Numbered from the stretch's first letter, positions 37,737 to 46,908 are shown. The stretch: DNA of 64,000 bases from Prevotellaceae bacterium UBA2738 (GCA_002353585.1 DEJW01000005.1:8155-72154), one strand, 5' to 3'. The notes: generated by a model not told the origin, from the letters alone. Made by a program: numbers and translations.

Positions 37737-37793
37737 AGAAGCAATGCTTTTGCATGCAGAAGTAATGCTTCTATCTCTAAAAGTAATGCTTTT
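37737..37793 (+). repeat. iteron-like array A: three 15-mers (AGAAGCAATGCTTTT, AGAAGTAATGCTTCT, AAAAGTAATGCTTTT) at exact 21-bp spacing
   Basis: Units start at 37737, 37758 and 37779. A CCCCGATTTTT..AAAAACGGGG hairpin follows at 37813..37838. The same word family recurs inverted at 63591..63669. Confidence 0.8.
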
Positions 37794-37955
37794 ATAGTTG
37801 AAAATTAAGAATGCCCCGATTTTTGGTTAAAAACGGGGTGTGGAATGCTCCAGATTTGATTTTGAAACGGAGGTTTTTCAGTGAGCAGAGTGTCACGAAA
37901 AGGGGCATTTTGCTTACGTTTTGATATTTGGGTGGATTCAACACTCAAATTTTAA

Positions 37956-38087
37956 AGACAACCAGGACAACAAGGGACAATTATATTTTGGTATTTTGGC
38001 AAACCTGCCAAAATGATTTTAAAACAGTTTAGCGAGTTTGCTAAACTGACCTATATATAAGGTTGTTTTATGTTGTCCGTGTTGTCG
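37956..38087. repeat. imperfect 25-bp inverted repeat enclosing two perfect hairpins
   Basis: Arms are 37956..37980 (AGACAACCAGGACAACAAGGGACAA) and 38063..38087 (about 18/25 complementary). Inside are TTTTGGCA-AACC-TGCCAAAA (37994..38013) and CAGTTTAGC-GAGTTT-GCTAAACTG (38025..38048). Confidence 0.65.
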
Positions 38088-38283
38088 TTAATATTCAATC
38101 TTTGTCTTAGAACTTAATAGTGAGCCGATGATTATTTCAAATAAATTAAGCGTTTGTTAAGATTTTTAATAAGGTAAAAGTTAGGCTAAGTGAGGATTTT
38201 TTTGTACCTTTAAATAAGGTTAGAATGCACTCGGCAAAGCGTAAATAAATACTAATTTATTTTGCTATTTGCTCTCGTTTTTG

Positions 38284-38291
38284 TACCTTTG
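38284..38291 (+). promoter_or_regulatory. -7 promoter box (TACCTTTG) for the GH25 gene
   Basis: TAnnTTTG match 23 nt upstream of the ATG at 38315. Confidence 0.5.
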
Positions 38292-38314
38292 CATAAATAA
38301 ATTCAGAAAAGACT

Positions 38315-39043
38315 ATGCGATATATACTTAACTGTTTGGCAGTCAGCCTACTAACTACGATATTTACTCTTAATACGTTTGCTCGCGATGATATGGATGA
38401 TGTATGTGTGGCATGTGAGGACACTTGTTCGCATGTGCACGGCATAGACATTTCTCACTATCAGGGAGAGGTGTTCTGGGAGCATGTGGGCGACACGAAG
38501 ATGGCTTACTGCTACATCAAGGCTACGGAGGGTGGCGACAAGATAGACTCAAGATATGAGAACAACCTGAAGATAGGTCACAGCTATGGCATAAAGGTGG
38601 GCTCATACCACTTCTACCGTCCGAAGACGGAGCAGGAGCTGCAGCTGAACAACTTCATGGTGCAGTGCAAACCAAGCGAGCAGGACCTGATTCCGATGAT
38701 TGACATAGAGACCACGAACGGTCTGCCTACAGAGGAGTTCTGCGACTCGCTGTTTAAGTTCCTCGATATGGTGGAGCGTGCCTACAAGCAGAGACCTCTG
38801 CTATATACTGGTGCAAACTTCTACAACAAGCATCTGGCTGAGAAGGTGGACAGATACCTGGTGATGATTGCCCAATATACCCCTGAGGAGCCCAAGCTGG
38901 TGGACGAGAGGGATATCACCCTGTGGCAATATACTGGCAAGGGAAGCCTGAACGGTGTGAGGGGTCATGTGGACAAATCACGTTTCATGGGCAACCACAC
39001 GCTGAGAGAACTGAAGTTTAAACACCGAAAGGGGGAGAATTAA
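38315..39043 (+). CDS. glycoside hydrolase family 25 lysozyme (muramidase)
   Basis: 242 aa with a signal peptide. HGIDISHYQGEVFW...YIKATEG...GSYHFY...WQYT are GH25 hallmark blocks. Confidence 0.85.
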   Translation: MRYILNCLAVSLLTTIFTLNTFARDDMDDVCVACEDTCSHVHGIDISHYQGEVFWEHVGDTKMAYCYIKATEGGDKIDSRYENNLKIGHSYGIKVGSYHFYRPKTEQELQLNNFMVQCKPSEQDLIPMIDIETTNGLPTEEFCDSLFKFLDMVERAYKQRPLLYTGANFYNKHLAEKVDRYLVMIAQYTPEEPKLVDERDITLWQYTGKGSLNGVRGHVDKSRFMGNHTLRELKFKHRKGEN

Positions 39044-39048
39044 CAATA

Positions 39049-39143
39049 ACGATACGCTTCGCTACGATACGTGGCTTTGCCACTACGATACGGAGCCTTT
39101 GGCTCCTACGATAACCCTAAACCCTAGAACCAGCGCGAAGCGC
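39049..39143. repeat. four ACGATAC words, each followed by a short GC-rich mini-hairpin
   Basis: ACGATAC occurs at about 39050, 39063, 39084 and 39107. The hairpins are GTGGC-TTT-GCCAC, GGAGCC-TT-GGCTCC-type and GCGC-GAA-GCGC. They lie in the spacer between the GH25 and zinc-ribbon genes. Confidence 0.7.
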
Positions 39144-39171
39144 ATTTTGAACTATTGAACAAAGAACAGAT

Positions 39172-40266
39172 ATGCTTATAAGGTGTCCTGAATGTAATAA
39201 TGAGGTGAGCGACAAGGCTGAGATTTGTCCTCACTGCGGAATAAAGATAGCTGGTAATCCAGAGGTAACGGGAACTGGAACTGGAACGGAAACCGTAAGA
39301 AAGCCTACCCCAAACCAGCCGAAAAGGATTGGTGAACAGGGAAAAGGCAAGTCGAAGGCTGTATGGGTGGTGTCACTCATCATAGCCTTGGCGGTGTTTG
39401 GCGTGGGCTTCTACTTCTATCAATCGGCTCAGCAGGATAAGGAGCAGGAGGCATTTGAGTATGCCCTGCACAGCAACGACCTGATGGTGATGCAAAACTA
39501 CCTGAGCAAATATCAGGATGCACCAAGAGAGCATCGTGACTCTATCAATGCCGTGATAGACATGATGAAGTATGAGGACCTGGAATGGAATAATGCCGTG
39601 AACAGCGGTTCGAAGAACGAACTGCTGAAGTATATAGAGGAGAATCAGGATTCGCCCCACATAACAGAGGCTAAGAACAAGATTGACTCCATAGACTACA
39701 ACCACGCTATGCGCGAGTATAAGAGCAGCAAGAACGTGCTGGCTCTGCAGAAATACCTGACGGAACACCCTAACGGAAGATACTCATCACAGGTGCAGGA
39801 CATAATGGATGAGCTGAAAAGCGTGGAGGTGACACCTGAGGAGATGGATATGGCGAAGGGCGTTTGCAGAAAATTCCTTCAGGCTATAAACTCACGAAAC
39901 GAGACGAAACTGCTCAGCACGGTGACTGAGATACTCGACTCTTTCCTCAACCGTACTGGAGCAACAAACCAGGATGTGGTGACCTTCATGAACAAGCTGT
40001 ATAAGGATGACATCACCAACATGAACTGGTATATGATGGATGACTTCAAGGCTGAGAAGGTGGATAATGTTAACGGGAACGGGAACGTTAACGGGAACTA
40101 TAACGGGAACAAAAACATCAGGGTGCAGTTTGGTGCTGAGCAACGCATGGAGCGCACTAATCCTAACAAGGAGAAGATAGCCAAATACATCATCGTTGCC
40201 GATGTTACCCCCGAGGGACTGATAACCCGATTTAACATGAAGAAAGTGGCAATAGCCAAGGACTAA
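39172..40266 (+). CDS. zinc-ribbon membrane protein with low-complexity inserts
   Basis: 364 aa with an N-terminal CPECNNEV...CPHCG zinc ribbon and one TM helix (VWVVSLIIALAVFGVGFYFY). Simple repeats TGTGTGTE and NVNGNGNVNGNYNGN are encoded by GGAAC/AACGGGAAC repeats. Confidence 0.65.
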   Translation: MLIRCPECNNEVSDKAEICPHCGIKIAGNPEVTGTGTGTETVRKPTPNQPKRIGEQGKGKSKAVWVVSLIIALAVFGVGFYFYQSAQQDKEQEAFEYALHSNDLMVMQNYLSKYQDAPREHRDSINAVIDMMKYEDLEWNNAVNSGSKNELLKYIEENQDSPHITEAKNKIDSIDYNHAMREYKSSKNVLALQKYLTEHPNGRYSSQVQDIMDELKSVEVTPEEMDMAKGVCRKFLQAINSRNETKLLSTVTEILDSFLNRTGATNQDVVTFMNKLYKDDITNMNWYMMDDFKAEKVDNVNGNGNVNGNYNGNKNIRVQFGAEQRMERTNPNKEKIAKYIIVADVTPEGLITRFNMKKVAIAKD

Positions 40267-40302
40267 AACGGGAACTGGTAAAAAACGAGACAAGAAAAAT
40301 AC

Positions 40303-42024
40303 GTGATGAACTTTAAGTGGAACATAGAAGAGCAGACTGAGCTGCAGAAGAAGCAGGCGATGGAGTTGAGCGAAAAGCTCAACATCTCACCTATTCTGAC
40401 GGCTCAGCTGGTAAAGCACGGAATCTCTACGGAGTCCGCTGCCAAGCGCTTCTTCCGTCCACAGCTGCAGGACCTCATCAACCCCTTCCTGATGAAGGAT
40501 ATGGACCTTGCCGTTGACAGACTCAACGACGCCATAGGTCATAAGGAACGCATACTGGTGTATGGCGACTACGACGTTGACGGATGTACGGCCGTGGCGC
40601 TGGTGTATAAGTTTCTGCAACAGTTCTACAGCAACATCGACTACTACATCCCTGACCGTTATGACGAGGGTTACGGAGTGAGCAAGAAGGGCATAGACTT
40701 TGCCAAAGAGCAAGGGGTGAGCCTCATTATTATATTAGACTGTGGCATCAAGGCTCACGAGGCTATTGCCTACGCCAAGAGCATAGGAATAGACTTCATA
40801 GTGTGCGACCACCATGTGCCAGACGAGACCCTGCCTGATGCTTACGCCATACTCAACCCAAAGCGTACGGACGACACATACCCCTTCAAGCACCTGTGCG
40901 GATGTGGTGTGGGATTCAAGTTCATGCAGGCTTTTGCCAAGAACAATGGCATACCATTCTCTAAGCTCATCTCGCTGCTCGACCTCTGCGCCATAAGCAT
41001 AGCAGCCGACCTGGTGGAGGTGACTGACGAAAACAGAATATTAGCCTATCACGGACTGAAGATGCTGAACCAGACACCATCAGTGGGCGTGAAGGCGATA
41101 ATAGACACCTGCGGACTGAGCGAGCGAGAGATAACGATGACCGACATCATGTTTAAGATAGGTCCGCGAATCAATGCCTCTGGCCGCATGGAGAACGGCA
41201 AACTGTCTGTTGACCTGCTGATACAGAAGGATTACTCTACGGCTATGGCTATGGCAAAGCACATAGACGAATATAACGACCTGCGCCGAGAGGTGGACAA
41301 GCAGATGACTGAAGAGGCTAACCAGATTGTAGAGAAACTGGACAAGCAGCAGCATCCGCAGTGTATCGTATTATGTGACGAAAACTGGACCAAAGGCGTG
41401 ATAGGCATTGTGGCATCAAGGCTCACGGAAATGTATTTCAGACCAACCATAGTGCTGACTCGCGACGGACAGTTTGCTACGGGCTCAGCGCGCTCAGTGT
41501 CAGGCTTTGACGTATATGCCGCCATAAAGAGTTGCAGAGACCTGCTCATCAACTTCGGAGGACACACCTATGCCTGCGGAATGACGATAAAGTGGGAAGA
41601 TGTGGATAAGTTCAAACAGCGTTTCCAGCAGTATGTAAAGGAGCATATCAAGGAACAGCATACGGAGCCGACCATAAACGTAGATGCCATAATAGACTTC
41701 AGCAGCATCAACAAGCGACTGTATCACGACCTGAAACGCTTCTCGCCATTCGGTCCTGGCAACACCAAACCTGTGTTTGCCACCAAGGGTGTGTATGACT
41801 TCGGCACATCAAAGGTGGTGGGAAGAAAGCAGGAGCATATAAAACTGGAACTGGTAGATTCCAAATCGCCTACCGTAATAAACGGCATAGCCTTCGGACA
41901 AGCCCAGTCAGTCAGATACATCAAGTCAAGACGTTCGTTTGACATAGCCTATACCATAGAAGAAAATGTATATAAGCGAGGCAATGTGCAACTGCAAATA
42001 GAAGATATACACTTCAGTGAGTAA
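40303..42024 (+). CDS. recJ: single-stranded-DNA-specific exonuclease RecJ
   Basis: 573 aa with DHH-family motifs YGDYDVDG, ILDCG and CDHH, plus DHHA1 GGHTYACG. Confidence 0.9.
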   Translation: MMNFKWNIEEQTELQKKQAMELSEKLNISPILTAQLVKHGISTESAAKRFFRPQLQDLINPFLMKDMDLAVDRLNDAIGHKERILVYGDYDVDGCTAVALVYKFLQQFYSNIDYYIPDRYDEGYGVSKKGIDFAKEQGVSLIIILDCGIKAHEAIAYAKSIGIDFIVCDHHVPDETLPDAYAILNPKRTDDTYPFKHLCGCGVGFKFMQAFAKNNGIPFSKLISLLDLCAISIAADLVEVTDENRILAYHGLKMLNQTPSVGVKAIIDTCGLSEREITMTDIMFKIGPRINASGRMENGKLSVDLLIQKDYSTAMAMAKHIDEYNDLRREVDKQMTEEANQIVEKLDKQQHPQCIVLCDENWTKGVIGIVASRLTEMYFRPTIVLTRDGQFATGSARSVSGFDVYAAIKSCRDLLINFGGHTYACGMTIKWEDVDKFKQRFQQYVKEHIKEQHTEPTINVDAIIDFSSINKRLYHDLKRFSPFGPGNTKPVFATKGVYDFGTSKVVGRKQEHIKLELVDSKSPTVINGIAFGQAQSVRYIKSRRSFDIAYTIEENVYKRGNVQLQIEDIHFSE

Positions 42025-43948
42025 GCCTGACAACCTTTACATAGAAACACTACAACGGTATTTCGGATATGACTCATTCCGAAGTATTCAGCTTGACATC
42101 ATTAAGAGTATTTCAGAAGGCAGCGACACACTGGGACTGATGCCTACAGGCGGAGGAAAGAGTATAACATTCCAGGTGCCAGCCCTCATGATGGACGGGG
42201 TGTGTATAGTTATCACCCCACTCATAGCCCTGATGAAAGACCAGGTGATGCACCTGAAGCAAAGAGGCATAAGGGCAGAGGCTATATACTCAGGACTGAC
42301 TCACGACGATATACTGCGAATACTGGATAATGCCAGCTATGGTGGAGTGAAATTCCTCTATGTATCACCTGAAAGACTCTCTTCCCCACTCTTCCTTGCC
42401 AAACTTAACCATATAAATGTGTGTTTCATCACAGTGGATGAGGCACACTGTATTTCGCAGTGGGGATATGACTTCAGACCATCATACCTGCAGATAGACA
42501 AGATAAGGGAACAGTTGCCTGAGGCACCAGTGCTTGCCCTCACAGCAACGGCAACACCACAGGTGATAGACGACATACAGAGGAAACTCGATTTTGGCAA
42601 ATACACTCAGGGCAAGACGGGAGTGTTTAAGATGAGTTTCAGGCGCGAGAACCTGTCGTATGTGGTAAGGCAGACGGAAGATAAGTATGAGGAGATGGTG
42701 CACATACTGCAATCAGTAAACGGAAGCGCCATCATATACACCAGAAACAGAAAACGCACCAAGGAACTTGCCGAAGTGCTTGAGGCTAACGGCATTACGG
42801 CTACCTTCTATCATGCAGGACTGGACTTTGCCATAAAAGACACACGACAGCAGGAGTGGCAGGAGAACAAATACAGGGTGATGGTGGCAACCAACGCATT
42901 CGGTATGGGTATAGACAAACCCGATGTGAGACTCGTGATACACTTTGACTGTCCTGACTCGCTCGAGGCTTATTTTCAGGAGGCAGGTCGTGCAGGACGA
43001 GACGGTAAGCGCTCGTATGCCGTATTGCTCTATAACAGGGATGACAGCAAGAAACTACTGAGACATGCTGACAACTCCTTCCCTCACAGAGACTATATAC
43101 GAAAGGTGTATGATAACCTGGCATATTACTTCGAATTGCCTGAATACGAAGGTGAGGGAGCAAGATTTGAATTTAACGAGGAGGTGTTCTGCGTTCGCTT
43201 TCATCACTACCCAAGCACAATGGAGGCAGCTCTCTCGATACTGCAGAATGCAGGCTACATAGATTACGACCCAGAGCCAGACTCCAATCCGAGAATCATG
43301 ATAACGGTGCCTCGCAATGAACTCTATAATATAGGGGGAATGTCGAAGACGGAGGAAGAGGTTATTACAGCCCTGATGAGGTATTACGGCACACTGTTCA
43401 CCAACCTCACCTTCATCAATCCTGTGCTGATAGAGAATGCCTGTAAGATAGACGAGAACAGACTGCATGTAGCACTAAAGAACCTTGCCACACACAACAT
43501 AATAAGGTATGTTCCGAGAAGGAATGTTCCGATAATAACCTATCTGAGTCAGAGAATTTCGTCAGACAAACTCATTATTTCGAAAGAGATATATGAGGAG
43601 CTGCATAAAAGAATGGTGGAGAGAGTGAAGGCTGTGATAAGATACATAGAGTGTGAAGACATCTGTCGCTCTACCCTATTGTTGGAGTATTTCGGCGAAC
43701 TGGATGCAGAACCCTGCCAGCATTGTGATGTTTGTGTAGAAAACAAAAACAGTCATCATTCTGGGAATACCCAGCCAGAGAAAAAGAATAGTCTGCTGAA
43801 ACTGCTGGCAGACCATAAGGAACACCATATAGACGAACTGGTGAAGGCATATAACATTCCCAAACAGATGTTTGATGCAGAAATAGAACATCTGCGCCAA
43901 CAGGAACTCATTACCATTTCATACCCAAACATAAGGTTAAAAGACTAA
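42017..43948 (+). CDS. recQ: RecQ-family ATP-dependent DNA helicase
   Basis: 643 aa containing MPTGGGKS, VDEAHCISQWGYDFRPSY, LTATAT, ATNAFGMGIDKPDVR, QEAGRAGRDG and a Zn-binding CxxC cluster (CQHCDVC). 8-nt overlap with recJ. Confidence 0.85.
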   Translation: MSKPDNLYIETLQRYFGYDSFRSIQLDIIKSISEGSDTLGLMPTGGGKSITFQVPALMMDGVCIVITPLIALMKDQVMHLKQRGIRAEAIYSGLTHDDILRILDNASYGGVKFLYVSPERLSSPLFLAKLNHINVCFITVDEAHCISQWGYDFRPSYLQIDKIREQLPEAPVLALTATATPQVIDDIQRKLDFGKYTQGKTGVFKMSFRRENLSYVVRQTEDKYEEMVHILQSVNGSAIIYTRNRKRTKELAEVLEANGITATFYHAGLDFAIKDTRQQEWQENKYRVMVATNAFGMGIDKPDVRLVIHFDCPDSLEAYFQEAGRAGRDGKRSYAVLLYNRDDSKKLLRHADNSFPHRDYIRKVYDNLAYYFELPEYEGEGARFEFNEEVFCVRFHHYPSTMEAALSILQNAGYIDYDPEPDSNPRIMITVPRNELYNIGGMSKTEEEVITALMRYYGTLFTNLTFINPVLIENACKIDENRLHVALKNLATHNIIRYVPRRNVPIITYLSQRISSDKLIISKEIYEELHKRMVERVKAVIRYIECEDICRSTLLLEYFGELDAEPCQHCDVCVENKNSHHSGNTQPEKKNSLLKLLADHKEHHIDELVKAYNIPKQMFDAEIEHLRQQELITISYPNIRLKD

Positions 43949-43991
43949 AAAATTTGGTTATCTGTTCAAAAAATAGTACCTTTGCAAAGAA

Positions 43992-44675
43992 ATGAACAAC
44001 TTTATACCACATATGTACCTCTCATTTAACTTCCTTGACATAATAGTCAAAGGAATGATTGTGGGAATAGTATGCTCGGCACCTATGGGACCTGTGGGTG
44101 TGCTTTGTGTGCAGAGAACCCTGAACAAGGGACGCTGGTATGGATTTGTGACAGGACTGGGTGCTGCTACCTCAGACATGATATATGCCTTGCTGACAGG
44201 TTTCGGCATGAGTTTCGTGATGGAATTTATAGATAATCCGCAATATAAATTCTACTTGCAGATATTCGGTTCGATACTGCTGTTCTGCTTCGGATTTTAT
44301 TGCTATAAGTCTGACCCGCGAAAGAAGGTGCATACGGGCAAGAAGAAACAGAAGGGAACCCTGCTGCATAACTACGTTACAGCATTCATAGTGACATTCT
44401 CCAACCCACTCATAATATTGCTGTTCCTTGCCACCTTCGCACAGTTTGCCTTTGTGGTGCCTGAGCACCCTGTGGAGATGTCTTTAGGATACCTCAGCAT
44501 AATAGGCGGAGCATTGTTGTGGTGGTACGGACTGACGTGGCTGGTGGACCGCATTAGGGAATTCTTCTCGCTTAACTCCATCGTTCTCATCAATCGCATT
44601 ATAGGTACCATAGTGATGGTATTCTCATTTGCCATATTCATTGGCACAACATTCAATTTATTTAGTCTTTACTAA
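43992..44675 (+). CDS. LysE/RhtB-family amino-acid exporter
   Basis: 227 aa with about 6 TM segments and the N-terminal PMGPVGVLCVQRTL pattern. A TACCTTTG box lies at 43978..43985. Confidence 0.7.
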   Translation: MNNFIPHMYLSFNFLDIIVKGMIVGIVCSAPMGPVGVLCVQRTLNKGRWYGFVTGLGAATSDMIYALLTGFGMSFVMEFIDNPQYKFYLQIFGSILLFCFGFYCYKSDPRKKVHTGKKKQKGTLLHNYVTAFIVTFSNPLIILLFLATFAQFAFVVPEHPVEMSLGYLSIIGGALLWWYGLTWLVDRIREFFSLNSIVLINRIIGTIVMVFSFAIFIGTTFNLFSLY

Positions 44676-44691
44676 AAAATACAACTGCAAA

Positions 44692-45237
44692 GTGATAATT
44701 TCTCAACAACTACGCAAAACCAATATAGCTGAATACGTGCTATACATGTGGCAGGTAGAGGACATAATACGTGCCTACCAGTGTGACCTTTCGGCTATCA
44801 AACGCGAATATATCTCACGTTTTGACCTTACTGATGAACAGCGTGACGAAATGGTGGACTGGTATGGCAACCTGATTCGTATGATACGCGAGGAGGGACT
44901 GACGGCTGGGGGACACATACAGATAAACAAGATAGTGGTGCAGCAGATGAACGAGCTTCATGCCCAACTGCTGTCGTCGCCTAAGTTTCCTTTCTATAAT
45001 GCTGAATACTATAAGGTGTTGCCATTCATAGTGGAACTGAGAAACAAAGGTAGCAAAGACATAAGCGAAATAGAGACTTGCCTCAATGCCCTGTATGGTG
45101 TGATGATGCTACGCCTGCAACACAAAGAGGTGAGCAAGTCAACCGAGAATGCCGTAAAAGAAATAACCACTTTCCTCGGTATGCTTTCAGACTACTATAA
45201 GAAAGACAAAGAAGAAGGACTGAAATTTGAAGATTAA
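44692..45237 (+). CDS. DUF4924-like conserved hypothetical protein
   Basis: The track ORF starts at 44629 inside the LysE gene. An in-frame GTG at 44692, just after the LysE stop, gives VIISQQLRKTNIAEYVLYMWQVEDIIRA..., which matches the usual N-terminus of this Bacteroidetes family as I remember it. Confidence 0.55.
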   Translation: MIISQQLRKTNIAEYVLYMWQVEDIIRAYQCDLSAIKREYISRFDLTDEQRDEMVDWYGNLIRMIREEGLTAGGHIQINKIVVQQMNELHAQLLSSPKFPFYNAEYYKVLPFIVELRNKGSKDISEIETCLNALYGVMMLRLQHKEVSKSTENAVKEITTFLGMLSDYYKKDKEEGLKFED

Positions 45238-45246
45238 AGATAAACC

Positions 45247-45274
45247 TCTTGAACTTTTTGAACCCCTTGAACCC
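45247..45274 (+). repeat. TTGAAC mini-array (CTTGAAC / TTTGAACC / CTTGAACCC)
   Basis: Three units lie in the 44-nt spacer upstream of prfC. Confidence 0.75.
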
Positions 45275-45281
45275 AACATAA

Positions 45282-46874
45282 ATGAATCCAGAAATATCAA
45301 GACGACGCACATTCGCAATCATATCACACCCTGATGCTGGTAAGACAACGCTGACGGAGAAGTTTCTGCTCTTTGGAGGACAGATACAGGTGGCTGGTGC
45401 AGTAAAATCAAACAAGATTAAGAAGACAGCAACATCTGACTGGATGGACATAGAGAAACAACGTGGTATATCTGTCTCTACTTCGGTTATGGAGTTTGAT
45501 TACCTCCCCCCCACGCTTGAGGGTGGAGAACCATATAAGGTGAACATTCTCGATACTCCTGGTCACCAGGACTTCTGCGAAGATACCTATCGCACCCTTA
45601 CAGCTGTGGATTCTGCCATAATAGTGGTGGACGGTGCAAAGGGCGTGGAGGCTCAGACCAGAAAACTGATGGAGGTGTGCCGTATGCGCAACACCCCAGT
45701 TATCATCTTTATCAATAAGATGGATCGCGAAGGCAGAGACCCGTTTGACCTTCTCGACGAACTGGAGCAGGAGTTGCAGATAGGTGTGCGTCCGCTTTCA
45801 TGGCCTATCAACCAGGGAGCACGATTCAAGGGCGTTTATAACATTTATGAGCAACAGCTCAACCTTTTCACCCCTGACAAACAGAGAGTGACGGAAAAGG
45901 TGAGCGTAGATATTGCTTCAACAGAACTCGACAACCAGGTTGGAGAAGAGGATGCAGCAAAACTGCGTGACGACCTGGAACTGGTGGATGGTGTATATCC
46001 CGAGTTTAATGTGGAGAGTTATCGTGCTGCTGAAGTGGCACCTGTGTTCTTCGGTAGTGCGCTGAATAATTTTGGTGTTCAAGAGTTGCTCGACTGTTTT
46101 GTTGAGATTGCTCCATCACCTCGTCCAACAAAGGCTGAGGAACGTATGGTGGAACCAGACGAACAGAAATTTACCGGCTTTATCTTCAAGATTACGGCAA
46201 ACATAGACCCTAACCACCGTTCATGTATCGCTTTCTGTAAGGTATGCTCAGGCAAGTTCGAGCGTAACAAACCTTATCTGCACGTTGGACAGAACAAGAC
46301 GCTTCGTTTCTCTTCGCCTACACAGTTTATGGCTCAGCGCAAGAGCACTATTGACGAGGCTTGGGCAGGTGATATAGTTGGTTTGCCTGATAACGGCATA
46401 TTCAAAATCGGCGACACTCTGACAGAGGGCGAGTTGTTGCATTTCCGTGGTCTTCCTTCATTCTCTCCTGAGATGTTCAAATACATAGAGAATGATGACC
46501 CGATGAAGGCTAAGCAGTTCCAGAAAGGATTGGAGCAGTTGATGAATGAGGGTGTGGCACAGTTGTTTGTCAATCAGTTTAACGGTCGTAAGATTGTAGG
46601 TACGGTGGGACAACTGCAGTTTGAGGTGATACAGTATCGCCTTGAAAACGAGTATAATGCCAAGTGCCGTTGGGAACCCGTACACCTTTACAAGGCTTGC
46701 TGGATAGAGAGTGATAATGAGCAGGAACTGGATAACTTCAAGAAGAGAAAGTATCAGTATATGGCAAAGGATAAAGACGACAGAGATGTGTTCCTTGCCG
46801 ATTCAGGTTATGTGCTCTCTATGGCTCAGCAGGATTTTGAACATATCAAGTTCCACTTCACAAGTGAGTTCTAA
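45282..46874 (+). CDS. prfC: peptide chain release factor 3
   Basis: 530 aa with translational GTPase motifs [24 protein letters not shown] and NKMD, and the length typical of RF3. Confidence 0.95.
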   Translation: MNPEISRRRTFAIISHPDAGKTTLTEKFLLFGGQIQVAGAVKSNKIKKTATSDWMDIEKQRGISVSTSVMEFDYLPPTLEGGEPYKVNILDTPGHQDFCEDTYRTLTAVDSAIIVVDGAKGVEAQTRKLMEVCRMRNTPVIIFINKMDREGRDPFDLLDELEQELQIGVRPLSWPINQGARFKGVYNIYEQQLNLFTPDKQRVTEKVSVDIASTELDNQVGEEDAAKLRDDLELVDGVYPEFNVESYRAAEVAPVFFGSALNNFGVQELLDCFVEIAPSPRPTKAEERMVEPDEQKFTGFIFKITANIDPNHRSCIAFCKVCSGKFERNKPYLHVGQNKTLRFSSPTQFMAQRKSTIDEAWAGDIVGLPDNGIFKIGDTLTEGELLHFRGLPSFSPEMFKYIENDDPMKAKQFQKGLEQLMNEGVAQLFVNQFNGRKIVGTVGQLQFEVIQYRLENEYNAKCRWEPVHLYKACWIESDNEQELDNFKKRKYQYMAKDKDDRDVFLADSGYVLSMAQQDFEHIKFHFTSEF

Positions 46875-46908
46875 TAATATGATTATCGGATTCTAAAACA
46901 AGTTATTT

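Larger units (their letters stand above)
24136..38314. other. accessory (defence-type) island; boundaries approximate
   Basis: Bounded on the left by the broken LRR gene. It contains a second gene remnant, the AbiE pair, the candidate four-gene operon, patchy base composition and a 1.8-kb ORF-free tail. No integrase or transposase was seen. Confidence 0.55.

Noticed and set aside
37049-37755. ORFs 37049..37279 (+), 37078..37263 (-) and 37528..37755 (-) in the ORF-free region
   Set aside because: They are mutually overlapping on opposite strands, short, without motifs, and built over hairpin or repeat sequence. They are treated as non-coding.
37737-37793. Possibility that the phased repeat arrays (here, 5759..5821, 39049..39143 and 63591..63669) are CRISPR arrays
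   Set aside because: The units are 15-21 bp with spacers of 0-7 bp, far from the ~28-37-bp repeat / ~30-bp unique-spacer architecture. No cas genes are present in the window.
24136-38314. Search for integrase, transposase, tRNA target or clear att direct repeats delimiting the island
   Set aside because: None was found by eye. No tRNA-like GTTCGAATC box lies in any intergenic region, and no tyrosine or serine recombinase or DDE motifs appear in any ORF. The island is therefore not called a mobile element.
39172-40266. GGAAC / AACGGGAAC coding microsatellites (TGTGTGT and NGNGNVNGNYNGN tracts) as phase-variation sites
   Set aside because: The repeat units are multiples of three or imperfect, so slippage would change length but not frame. 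This is noted as low-complexity only.
45282-46874. Programmed frameshift check in the release-factor gene
   Set aside because: The gene is prfC (RF3, a GTPase), read as one uninterrupted frame. The known +1 frameshift belongs to prfB, which is not in this window.
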